Of a stretch of 64,000 nt of DNA, positions 12,978 through 23,439 are shown one piece after another (the stretch's first letter is position 1; every line of letters begins with the position of its first letter). The notes beneath the pieces are model-generated. The model was not told the DNA's origin, did not search any database, and was given only the letters and a program-made list of their open reading frames with translations. The position numbers were made by a program, and so were the translations under genes. The DNA comes from Marsupella aquatica (lineage: Eukaryota; Plantae; Marchantiophyta). The stretch spans positions 8,613,580-8,677,579 of the forward strand of contig OZ316892.1 in the NCBI GenBank assembly GCA_973895155.1, written 5' to 3'.

Positions 12978-15900
12978 TCAGGTAACCTGAGTTACATTCA
13001 CTTTCGGCATCATCTTCGATGTATCCTGCAACCACGGCAGGCCAAACGAGGCACATTGCTCTAGGGAGGCTGCCCAAGGTATATCCACAATCGGCCCTAA
13101 GGTTATCCGCCAAAGATCTAACAAAATGGTAACGAGCATAGCTGCTCCCAGTGAGTCAATTGCCGTCTGACTTAGTGTCCATGGTCGTTGGGGATTCGCG
13201 TCTAGCCTGCATAAGGAACAACAAACAGGGTTAGCCCCAAAAATCACCCCTGCAACTCCTGAGACATAGAAGCCAGCATTTTAGCACACAAACAAATACA
13301 ACTTAAAAAACTCGGGATTACTGAGTGTCGAGACACTTTTTCTAGGTAAAGTAGTTTCAACCTAGGGTGAGTTTCCGGCACTCGTCATGTCCACAAAACA
13401 GAGGGGCATGCAGACAACAGATGAGTCATGCACTGGACCTCTAGGCTGAGTGAAATAAAGCAAACACCAGATGGAAATCCGCCAAGATGCCAGTGAGCTT
13501 TTTGGATATCAGCCATATCTTTGCTAGACAACAAGAAAAGAAACAGAGGTAATATCCCAGGACTGTAACTCCGTGGCTTGCTAAAACTACCAGAGGCTTG
13601 CTAAAAATGCCGTGCATAGCTGAGTTGTTGAAACTCATTCCTCACACTAAGTTTGGGAAAACTAGTCTCAAATGAGGAGTCATGTCCACATAATATTGGC
13701 GGGTAAGACAACTGAGGGAGTCATACTGAAGATCCTCTAGGCTGAGTGAAGTAAAGACGGTATATCCGGCACTCATCATGTCTACACACCATTAGCATGT
13801 AGACGACCGAGGAATCATGCCATGCATTCTCTAGGCCGAGTGAAATAAAGCACACCAGACCAAAATCTGCCAAGACGCCGGTGAGCTTTTTGGATATCGG
13901 CCATCCTAGTGACTGTTTGGAAAGAGAGCTGCTGCAAAAGTCCTCTGGAAAGGCATGACCGAAAGGAACTCTCTAATTCTTACAACCAAGATGGTGCATT
14001 ATACAATCATATCATTTTGCCCTTGCAATGGAGCATGCATTTACGGAGTTTGCACTCGGTAGAGGTGACCCACCTGTAAAACATGGGGAAACTCACGAAG
14101 AAGTAAATGGCATAGAAGAACGACCCATATTTGTACATAGCTCCCCTGTCCACCATTTCGTAGTATGGAAACTGGGCACCACATTCCATAGCACAAAGTC
14201 TTAATATAGTTCTGACCAACCGACTCTAAAAATTACAAATAAATCGCAACACTAAGAGAAAGTACCAAGAAAGTGAATGATCAACAGCTTACGTAAGCAA
14301 TTGTGACGGCCTCCACGAAGGCAGTCACGATGGACAAGACAAATATCCACACAGCTTCAATCAAAATCCTTGCAAACACACTGTGGATGTCTGAAATTGC
14401 ATGTCGGAGCCGTCGGATTGTAAAATTAGAGATCATGTGATAGAACAAGAAGTAAGAGTGTGTGAGGAGGAACGTTGTCAGGGGTACCTACAAACCACCA
14501 CACCAGTTTTCACAAAATTGAAACAATCAGCAATCTGCTTCTTCTCACTAGCAATCATGAGTGGGAAAGAGAAACTCCGGCCCATTTAGACTACCTTCTC
14601 CAGATCAATCACCGACACAGCGGAAGGACCTACTCCCTACCTTAAGGAGATGTCGGACATTTGCTGAACAATGCAAAGAGAATATCTTCTTTAAAACAAT
14701 ACAAAAGCAGGGGTACATTTATAGTTTTGAAGTCGTGAAATTCCAAATCCTCACATGATTCAGCTTATAGGACGGAAATGAGTATGTCGCACCCAGGACT
14801 GTGTAGAAGTAGTGGGTCCAGAAGTAATTTCCCACATATCCAAAAATGAATATCCACAAATTAGCCTGCACCACCCACAACGAAGCTCAATAAAACGGTC
14901 GCATTCAGGTCGCTCTTGTTAAGCCGTTCCATTCACAGAAAAACTATCGCACGGGACCACTGGACAAGTCAGGTGAAGGAGTGCGAAAGGGACTAAAATT
15001 TAAGGGTGATAGAGATGCGGATGTACCTTCACCCAGTATCGTTTGTAAAATGGCTTCTTTGCATCTTCCTACACTCCACACTGCGGCATGTCAGTCCAAA
15101 CGCTTTGTACAAGGTCCGTGCAGGTTATCATGAGTAAGACAAAAGATAATAGTTCCGTCAGAGAATTGAGGGAAACCCAGGTTAGTAGACAGGACATACC
15201 TTCCCAACGAAGAAAATGGGCAGTGTGAATGTTGGCACTGCACAAATCAGCCCTAATACCAGGTACTCCAGCTCTTGAAATTTCTGTAGGAATGACCAAC
15301 GGATATAATTGTAGAAGGCAACGTCAGTCAGACCTAAATGTCACTATCCAAGGCACGATCATGACCCCTCTGCAGTGTAAAGATACTTGACATGTTATAG
15401 ATGTTCCCACTAACCTTGGCCCCGCACATATAGGTCAACTGCAGACAACCGGCTTTCTAACTTTTCTTTAAGTTGCGTAAACTTTGAGATGTATTCTCGT
15501 GTTACGTGACTCGGATCATTGAGGCGAAGCCCTAGAGAGTCAGAAGAAAACAAGAACTTCCTGTGAGAGCAACCGAACACCGTATTTACACACGAAAGTG
15601 CAACAGGTTGCCTGAGAGACTGCTCTCGGCTGAAACCGATCCGAGTTGACGAAGTCCTACTTCAGGACACTGCGAGCAGTCTGATTCGAGAATCTATAAA
15701 TGGAAGACACACATTTCCGAAACTCCTACACATTCTGTCCGATGATGCAACCTTCTAACAACCTTGTAACAAGCTGTCTCGAAAGGGGAAAAAACAAATT
15801 GCACAATAACTTAGCAGGGGAAGAACGGGTGCCACTCTCACCTCATAGAGTTGAAGGGGGACCACGACACAAAGGCAAAGAACTATCCAGAACGGACTGT

Positions 15901-15982
15901 ACGCCAAAAAGAACAGCTCCCCCCATCTCTGGCTGAGATTAGGGGCCAGCCACGGGGCCAGCCACGGACTAGCCGGTCCCAT
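12978..15982 (-). CDS. CPI1: Cycloeucalenol cycloisomerase (cyclopropyl sterol isomerase), 7 coding exons
   Basis: Exons read WLAPNLSQRWGELFFLAYSPFWIVLCLCVVVPLQLYE / KFQELEYLVLGLICAVP / KPFYKRYWVK / ANLWIFIFGYVGNYFWTHYFYTVLGATYSFPS / VPLTTFLLTHSYFLFYH / FPYYEMVDRGAMYKYGSFFYAIYFFVSFPMF / DSLGAAMLVTILLDLWR, closely matching plant CPI1 as I recall it. Confidence 0.95.
13373..13905. repeat. Three diverged ~90-150-bp repeats inside the last CPI1 intron
   Basis: catgtc(c/t)aca...agac(a/g)ac...tcat...ctctaggc(t/c)gagtgaa(a/g)taaag at ~13386, ~13681, ~13777. Copies 1 and 3 continue with caccaga..gccaaga..gtgagctttttggatatc.gccat. Confidence 0.8.
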
Positions 15983-16549
15983 TTCCTTCTTTCCATCTGC
16001 CAGGGCATCAGAACATCACTCAACATCGAGAGCCAGAATACTGCTGACGCAGGTCTCAAACATCTCGGAAGAAACACTCCTTTCACGACAGATCCCATGA
16101 CTGGAAAGCCCAAAGAGTACCCGAGGCTACAAGACATTCGTTTACTGGGCCTGACTACGACGAACGACGAACAAGGGAGCGACAAGCTTTTCGAGTCAAG
16201 TGGAAAACGAAGATCAACACTGGAACGGCAGATATACTGTCGAAAGAGTGCACAATATACAACGGCAAGAAAGGATTCAAATGCACCCTAGCTTTCTTCG
16301 GTCTCGAGAAGAGTAATGACCTAACTCTTTGGGTTTCATTTCCACCTTCTTTGGCCCTCTCTTCTTGACGGAACTCTTCTCTTCCGCCATCGTCGATGAA
16401 CTGCAAAACCTAAACTGTTGATCTCCTCTCCACTCCTGGTCTCTCCTCAATGCCCCGGGCGCTTAGAAAAATGCCGTGCTCTCGGTGTAAAGTCCTTCAC
16501 ATTGCGTCCATTACATGTGTAGCTGCCCTGTTACAAAAGAATAGGATAA

Positions 16550-16650
16550 TGTCCTGGTTAGAGGGCATTGTGGGATATAATGCCCTGAAAATGGAAGGCA
16601 GTAGCTCGAGTTTTGAGGGCATTATTTACATAATGCCCATAACTAGGACA
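16550..16650. repeat. Nested imperfect palindrome (MITE-like) upstream of CPI1
   Basis: Outer arms tgtcctggttagagggcatt / aatgcccataactaggaca; inner arms ataatgccctgaaa / tttgagggcattat. Confidence 0.7.
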
Positions 16651-17059
16651 ATAATGCACATAAAAATTTGAGTGACTTTTCAGTAAGAAACAAGAAAAAG
16701 TGAATCCCTCAAATAGAAAATTCAGATTAAAAGGTCATCCAAGAAGTGGTTGTTATGGAAGGCCAAAAATATAAGTTCTTGAGTTATATTAGATTCTACT
16801 CATAGATATTTTGTTTGTAACACCATATAAGATTTTGTTATCATCTTGAGATCTTGACTAAATTTAATTGTTTTTTGTGTATGGTAAAACTATATTTAAT
16901 TTTTACTTTTATTATATTTATGGTGTTTTGTATAATCCCCTCCTCAGAAAAAGGGGTGCATTATGGAGAATTAATGCACTCAAATATACAAAGAGAAAAG
17001 TCATGAAAGGCTTTATGGGCATGGAAATGGGTGCAAAGGAGCGTATTTTTTAGGTGCAA

Positions 17060-17289
17060 ATTTTGCCAAATTACACCTCCCCAAAAAAGTGTTTTCCACT
17101 TTTGGCTAGCATTTGCTAGATTTTTTTATGTCATTTGTCACTTTTCCACCTAAGCATGAACCCCATTGGCCAGAATCCAACTCTCATCCCTAAATCTAGG
17201 GATATCTGATGGCAGGATGTAATCCATGAAAATTTGACAAAGAATCTTCCTTGCATCTTTTCCCTTAGACGAGCTGACATTGGCCACAC
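17060..17289 (+). repeat. Dispersed repeat interrupted by the retroelement; continues at 27141-27165
   Basis: Aligns with the uninterrupted diverged copy at ~27750-27990 (ccccatt.gccagaatc.aac..tcatcc.taaatctaggga.atctgat...gacatt...ac.ctggc.aaaaa). Confidence 0.8.
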
Positions 17290-17648
17290 TGTCATGCCGA
17301 GGGACAGTGCCTCTTATGCACATCGGCATGTCCCTCGCATGCCCGCTAGGTATGTAGTTAGGGCTAGTGTACTACTTGAGTTAGCGACATGTTCTTATAG
17401 CAAATGCCAAGCGTTCTTGAAGCAAATGCGCTTGTTGGTGTGACGCCAGGACTTTGTTTACTTAGGGCATGTCTTTCTTTGTGGGGTTTTCAGTTCTTCT
17501 TGAATCGCTGTTGACAGAGCTCAAACAGTGCTCGTCGGTTCCGTACACGGGATTCACACAGTGATTCGTTAGATGCTCCCGGCCGATCTTGGCATTTCAC
17601 CGGTTTTCAATTCGATTTCAGTACGCTTGTTTCTCTTACGCCTTTTAT
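17290..17648 (+). repeat. Terminal repeat A1 (359 bp)
   Basis: Matches 26606-26964 with ~11 substitutions by eye. Confidence 0.97.
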
Positions 17649-17660
17649 TCAAGAAGAACT
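17647..17660 (+). promoter_or_regulatory. Self-priming (Tf1-like) primer binding site
   Basis: attcaagaagaact at the end of A1 is the perfect 14-nt reverse complement of agttcttcttgaat at 17492-17505 inside A1. No TGG-starting tRNA-type PBS is present. Confidence 0.75.
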
Positions 17661-19387
17661 CTTGAGATAGCAGTGAGGGGAAGAAGATTGCTTGTGGCGG
17701 TTTCGATAATTTATGGTGAAATCATTGCAATTTCTTCAACGAACATCGGAGCAACGAGTTGGAAGTTGTGGGTTTATGTTGTTATGTGTATATTTAAGTG
17801 TATACACATATCAATGCTCCCGAGGAGGTCCGGATTTCATTTTCTGGTTTCATCCCCTTTGCTCCTTCTTACTGTCACGACCGCTTGCTGCCTCGACTGC
17901 TTTTGGGGTCGTTTCGCATTCCCGGCCACGGCTACCGGCGAGTTTCCCTCGACTACCGCGCGATCACCTCGCGACTACCTCCCGAGCGCATAGAGCCACG
18001 GGTCCGTTTGCTTTCGCCTTTTTCCGATCGCGACCTACTGCCACCCAATTTTTCTTCCCGGCCGTTGTTTCTTCTCGCCTTCTCGCCTTCCCTCGCAGTT
18101 ATTGTCGCGAGCTCGAACCTGCCTGTGTATACAAATACGACATTCATTAAATTACCCCTGGGCGCGCATAGGGCCGCACGCCCGCCCTTTCGAGCTTCGC
18201 TCTTCCAGTCCTCCCGCACATAGGACATTGTGCCTTGTCTTAAAGGGGGTCCCGGTTTTCTTTTGCCTCCTCCAGGCCTCGTTCCAGGCCTCAACCTTCC
18301 GCTGCCAGCATTCATAGGGGGGAGATAGAGCCGAGGCAGCAGCGCAAGGAGTGGGCACGAGGCCCTATGCTACATTAAATGGAGGGGGGAAGTACATAGA
18401 CTCCTTCCCTCAGGAGTCCTTTTGCCAGGCAGTTAGGCACGGAGGCCTATGAAGCATTAAATCAGGGGGAGGGGGAGCGAGTGCCAGGAGAGGGCACAAG
18501 GCCCTAAGCAACATTGAAGCAGGGGAGGGGAGTACACTCGACTCCTCTCATGGGAGTCTTTTGCCAGGGCACTAGGCCCAAATTGCATTAGAGGAGAGGA
18601 GGGGGGAGTTCGTAGCCCTTTTCGGGAGCACATAAGATGGGGCACAAAGCCCTATGGAGGGCTCATGCCATTAAGAGGGCCCATCATTTCTGCTCTTTCG
18701 CCTCTTCCTTTGCCACCCGACTGTCAGTGCCCGATTCTCCCTTTTTCGGCTATTTTCCACCTCTCGACGTCTTCTTTCTCCCTGCCACCGGCCTCGGTGT
18801 ATACACATACGGGAGTGCATAGGGCCGCGTGCCCTCCCTACTCCCTTCGACACTTTTTCCGGACGCGACCTGCTTCCGGCCTAGTTTTCCTCCCGGTCTC
18901 GGTGTATACACATAAGGGAGGGACCTTTCCGCCATTTTTGTTGTATTATTCCTTTTTATTTTGACCCTCTTGGGCCGGTATACACATCGGGGCCAATTTC
19001 ATTCTCTTTGGCCCTTACCTCACGCCGTTTATTTCATTTGTGGGTTTCATTTCCTAGCCTTGGGGTTGTCACTCCTTTTCTTATCAGTTTCTTTCCCATC
19101 AGCACCCCGGGTTAGCATGCAGCATGTCAGCAGAGGAGCCAAGTCGTAGCAACACATCGCCACCGACACCCAGGTACCATTTACGGAGTGATCCATGACC
19201 ATTGGTGCCAATTTCATTGGAGTCTCGGCAATTTTGACAACGTCAACAGACAACAGCAGCACCCACACCACGCAACCCTTCTGTTACATTTGGCGGTCGC
19301 TTCACCACTACCCCAAAGCCTGTTATTGTTTCTTTGCCCTTTACTCCTTTTGCATCAGTGGTTGTTCCAGCTTCACCGACATACAGC

Positions 19388-21193
19388 ATGGACGCCAGCC
19401 ACTCATCTGGCTGCATTGAACGCTTCAGTGGGCGGCCAGGCACTGTTTCTTTGCGTGAGTTCAAATCCACTTTCTACACCGTCATTTACGAATTGGAGTT
19501 GAAGTACGGCAGCAATTTCACAAATGCTTTTGCATTTAAGCAACTAGCCAGGTATGTGCACCATGAGACTTTGGATGTGTATGAGCAGCACTCTCAACGG
19601 CTGCTTGCTGTCACACAATTGCCTAACCCTGCCTATGCCAGTGCAATTGCGGCAGCATCATAATTGGCCTTACAGAATGCCATTGCAGCCCATGCTGCTG
19701 CTCCTGCCACTTCCCCTCCTACTCCACTTCCTACCACAGTGCCAGTTACTCTCATTGTCTTGGCACAGGCTACATCAGGCATTTCTCCCACCATTGATTC
19801 CCCTGCCTTTGCTGATCCAGTGGCTGAGTTTTTCCAGGTTCTTGAATTGGAATTCCCAATCAAGAGTGCTGACAAAATCATGCAGTTGGCCACCTTTGTG
19901 AGGCAGCGCGATGAAACCTTGAAGATGATGTATCGTCGGCTTCTCAAGCTGAAGGAGGACACCCAGAGCATCACTGACCTGGAAGTTGCTCATCGCTATC
20001 TTTACGCATTGGAGGGCACACCAGCTCTCCATTCGCAAGTGTTGCAGCAAGTATTCTCAGAGTTTGGAGACAGCTACACCCTGCTCAATGTCTATGACAC
20101 TGCTGAGAAACTTGAGTTGGCCCATGCACATTATGAGGCCAGTATTGCACGTCCACCGCAATCCAGGTACCAGGCTGCTGCCCCTACACTGGCCACCCCT
20201 TCCCGTGTGCCACAGTATGGTTCCAAGACCAAGCCAGCCCATGCTGCTTTCATGCTGCCATCTTGCAACTACTGTGGTAACCCCAATCACAAGGCTAATA
20301 AATGTGATATTGTTGCTGAGGACCTGTCTTGCGATTTTTGCGGGAAAGTGGGCCACTTGGAGGCAGTTTGTTTTACCAAATTCCCAGAGAGGAAGCAGCT
20401 ACGACAGCAAACCCCTCCTCCTGCTCCTACTTCCACTCCCCCACCAGCTAGGAGGGCTCCTATTGCCTCAGTTGCTCCTCCTTCCAGTGGCAAATCACCT
20501 CGTGCCACCAAATCGCCCAAGCAGCCACGGAAGCAACCAGCTCAGAAGGAGGCTCACAACGCACAGGCAACTCAACTCCAGTCTCTGACTCATGAGGTTG
20601 AGTCCCTACATGCCCAACTTGCCAACATCAAAGGCAAGTCACCTGCCTCTATTGGTCCTTCTCAACCGGCTGGTCACGTGCAACCGATCCCTGGCCCAGG
20701 CATCACTGACAATTCAGCACCTCTACCCCGCTCTTTCTATGGCTTGCCATTTGATGCTCATATGGGTGAGTGTGTGTTGTCCTCTGCTACAAAGCCTGGC
20801 CTTACAGCAGAATTTTCAGATTCATTCTGCCCTTCCTATTTTGCTTACCAACAGGCTAGTGCTGCCTCCCGTATTGCTCCCACACGCCCCATTGTACAGG
20901 CTGATGGTCTTGCTGCTGGTCCTATGACTAGAGCCAGGGGAGCTCGGGCTGTCATGCCCCAATCTTTTCAGCCACTCACACTTGCTGAAGAACGCACCTT
21001 GTTGGTGAGGGGGGATGGAGCTGCAGCTACATCCATTCCACCACCAAGTGCTGCTGACATTTCACAGGGAGTTGTTTCTCTTGAGTTGCTTGAGCATTTC
21101 ACCTCCAGTATGGCACAAAGGATTCTTACAACTCCACTTTTCAGTTGCCATGATTTACAGCTGGATGCTAGAGCTGTCCTCAAAGCGCTATAG
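19388..21193 (+). pseudogene. Retrotransposon Gag with two CCHC zinc knuckles
   Basis: MDASHSSGCIERFSGRPGTVSLREFKSTF...; CNYCGNPNHKANKC and CDFCGKVGHLEAVC; in-frame TAA at 19661 and TAG at 21191. Confidence 0.9.
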
Positions 21194-21459
21194 GGTTCAC
21201 TGCATTCTTCATCAGCCCCTGTGATACCAGTTTTGGAGGTCCAATCTCATGTACATACTGGACCTTCTTCTTCTCCTTTACATGTTTCTGGTCCTGGCTA
21301 TGTTGTTGAGTGGAAAGACCATGGACACTAACTCCCTTCACAAGGTACCTCATCATTTGCCGAGAGTGGTGCCTAGTGACAGGACTTCAGTTTCCACCAC
21401 CATTGCCATTGTTGACAACAGGAATTCAATGGTCAAGTTGGAGGGTCACACTCCTCAGG

Positions 21460-21800
21460 TGGTCATGCTAGACACAAGTGCTTAACCAGTGATATTGGGC
21501 ATTCAGTTTGCCAAGAAGATGGGACTGTTGACTGATCATTTATAGCAATCCAAGTGGCACATTCGAACTGCTAGTGGCACTGTGGAGGATGTGCTGGGTG
21601 AGAGTTCTACTTTACTCACTCTCACTTTTAATGGAGGTACAGATCAGGAACTGCATTTCCCAGTCAGATGTTTGGTTACCAATGCCACTACGTATGATGT
21701 GCTCATTGGCCAGGAGGCTTTGTTCCCACCAGGTTTTACCATTGACAACTGGCATGAGCATGCATACTACAGAGTTGATTGGCATACTGATGGCTCACAC
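21460..21800 (+). pseudogene. Retropepsin-like aspartic protease domain
   Basis: VMLDTSA*PVILG (decayed D[T/S]G motif), IRTASG flap, YDVLIGQEAL; two in-frame stops. Confidence 0.8.
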
Positions 21801-22133
21801 TTGGGCTACATTCCACTTGATTTGCATGGTGCCCATACACCTATGGCTCACCACTGTGTGTTGAAAGCAGTGCACACAGCTACCGATGTCAACCACCCAT
21901 TGTAGGATTGGATTGAGGAGGATGACGATGAGGTGGCTGCTGCACATGCTGCTGCACGTATAGCAGCACTTTCCAACAACGTGGATCATCAACCAGAGTT
22001 CGTACAACGGCTCCAAGCAGCCCATGGACTTTTGGTGGCTGCATTGCGCAAGTTTGAAGACCTTGGGCAGCACAATGGACAGCCGATAGCCCCAATCTTG
22101 AGCGCACCAGTTACATGGACTCCTGCTCCGGAT

Positions 22134-23070
22134 GGCCTTACATTGCTTGAGCTTTTTGGTGGCATTTCTATAGGCCCGGAAGCTCTCCTACAGTCCGGCA
22201 TGGTGGTGAAGCAGTACATCTACGTGGACATTGATCCAGGTGCAAGGCAAGTGGCTGAATCCCGTTTGCTGGAATTTTCAGAACGATTTCCCCAGCAGTT
22301 TCCACACAATGCATGGAAGTCTGCATTTTCTTTCTTCCCTCCAGATATCCAGCTTGTCCAGCACCGACACTTAACCCTTCTTGGTTCCCTTGATTTGATC
22401 ATAGCTGGTTGGGAATGCCAAGGGTTTTCAGCTGCTGGTCATGGTGTTGGATTGCATGACTCTTGTTCTAGCCTTTTCACAGCATTGGTTCAGATTCTCA
22501 CCTGGGCTCAATCCCTTTATCCTGCTGTTGGTTATATCATTGAGAATACTCCATCTCAGTTTGACCAGCGTCCACAGGTCAAAGAGGATTTCAGTGTGGT
22601 CCAGCACTACTTGGGACCACCCCTTCTCATTGATGCAGTGCACTGTGGTTCTTATGCACATCGTCTTCGTAACTTTTGGACTAACCTTGCACCACCTTCC
22701 TTGTTGGAGTTGGCTCTTCACCACACATCCAGGGACACTAACCTCACAGTGGACCAGATTTTGGATCCTGACAGTTCTTGCCAACCAGTTACACAGCAAG
22801 AGCCAGCATCTTGGTATCCAGCCAATACCATTGGACAGCCCCGTGCTGCTTGGCCTACATTTGTATCCTTTCCAGGTGCACATGCTTTTTAGGGTGATGG
22901 TCCTGGCCTGGTTTTTTGACATTCTACCGGTACATGGGATGAACCTAGTCCTGAGGAGAGAGAACGGGCTATGGGCTTCCAACCCGGTACTACAGGTCAC
23001 ACCAAAATCACCAGGTTGGCCAGGAATGCTTTACTTGGCAGGGTAATGGATCTCAATGCTCTCACTTGGC
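22134..23070 (+). pseudogene. DNMT3-like C5 DNA cytosine methyltransferase domain embedded in Pol
   Basis: Motifs in canonical order: I LLELFGGIS, II YVDID, III PDI, IV DLIIAGWECQGFS (catalytic Cys), VI YIIENT, VIII DAVHCGSYAHRLRNFWTNL, IX EERERAMGFQPGTT, X TRLARNALLGRVM. Same frame as PR and RT, with TAG and TGA stops at ~22890-22920. Confidence 0.92.
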
Positions 23071-23439
23071 TTCTGGTCACTTGCATCCTTTTTCAGATGT
23101 ACATTCATTCAGCATCCGGAGTTCCAGCCCTACCACTCCATGGTGCTGTTACATGGCATCCAGACCAGGTGCACTTACCTCTATTCAACACTCATCGCTT
23201 CAGTCCAAGTGTTGGGGGGGAGGATGTCCCTTGTAATGTGGCTGACATTATTTCTGAGTTTCATGGTGTGGACCAACCCAGATCAGCAGGTACAACAGGC
23301 CTTGGAGAGGCCTCATCACCTTATCAGCAGCATGCTAGCAGCTTGGACAATAGAGAGGCTAGCACTTCTGGTTCTTCAAGCATGAGTACATCAGGTCCTA
23401 TTCCTAGTGTTTCCAACTACACATTCATCATGGGCAACC

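Noticed and set aside
22134-23070. Bacterial restriction-modification methylase or contamination
   Set aside because: In frame within a retroelement Pol, DNMT3-like motifs, flanked by spliced plant genes, no partner endonuclease.
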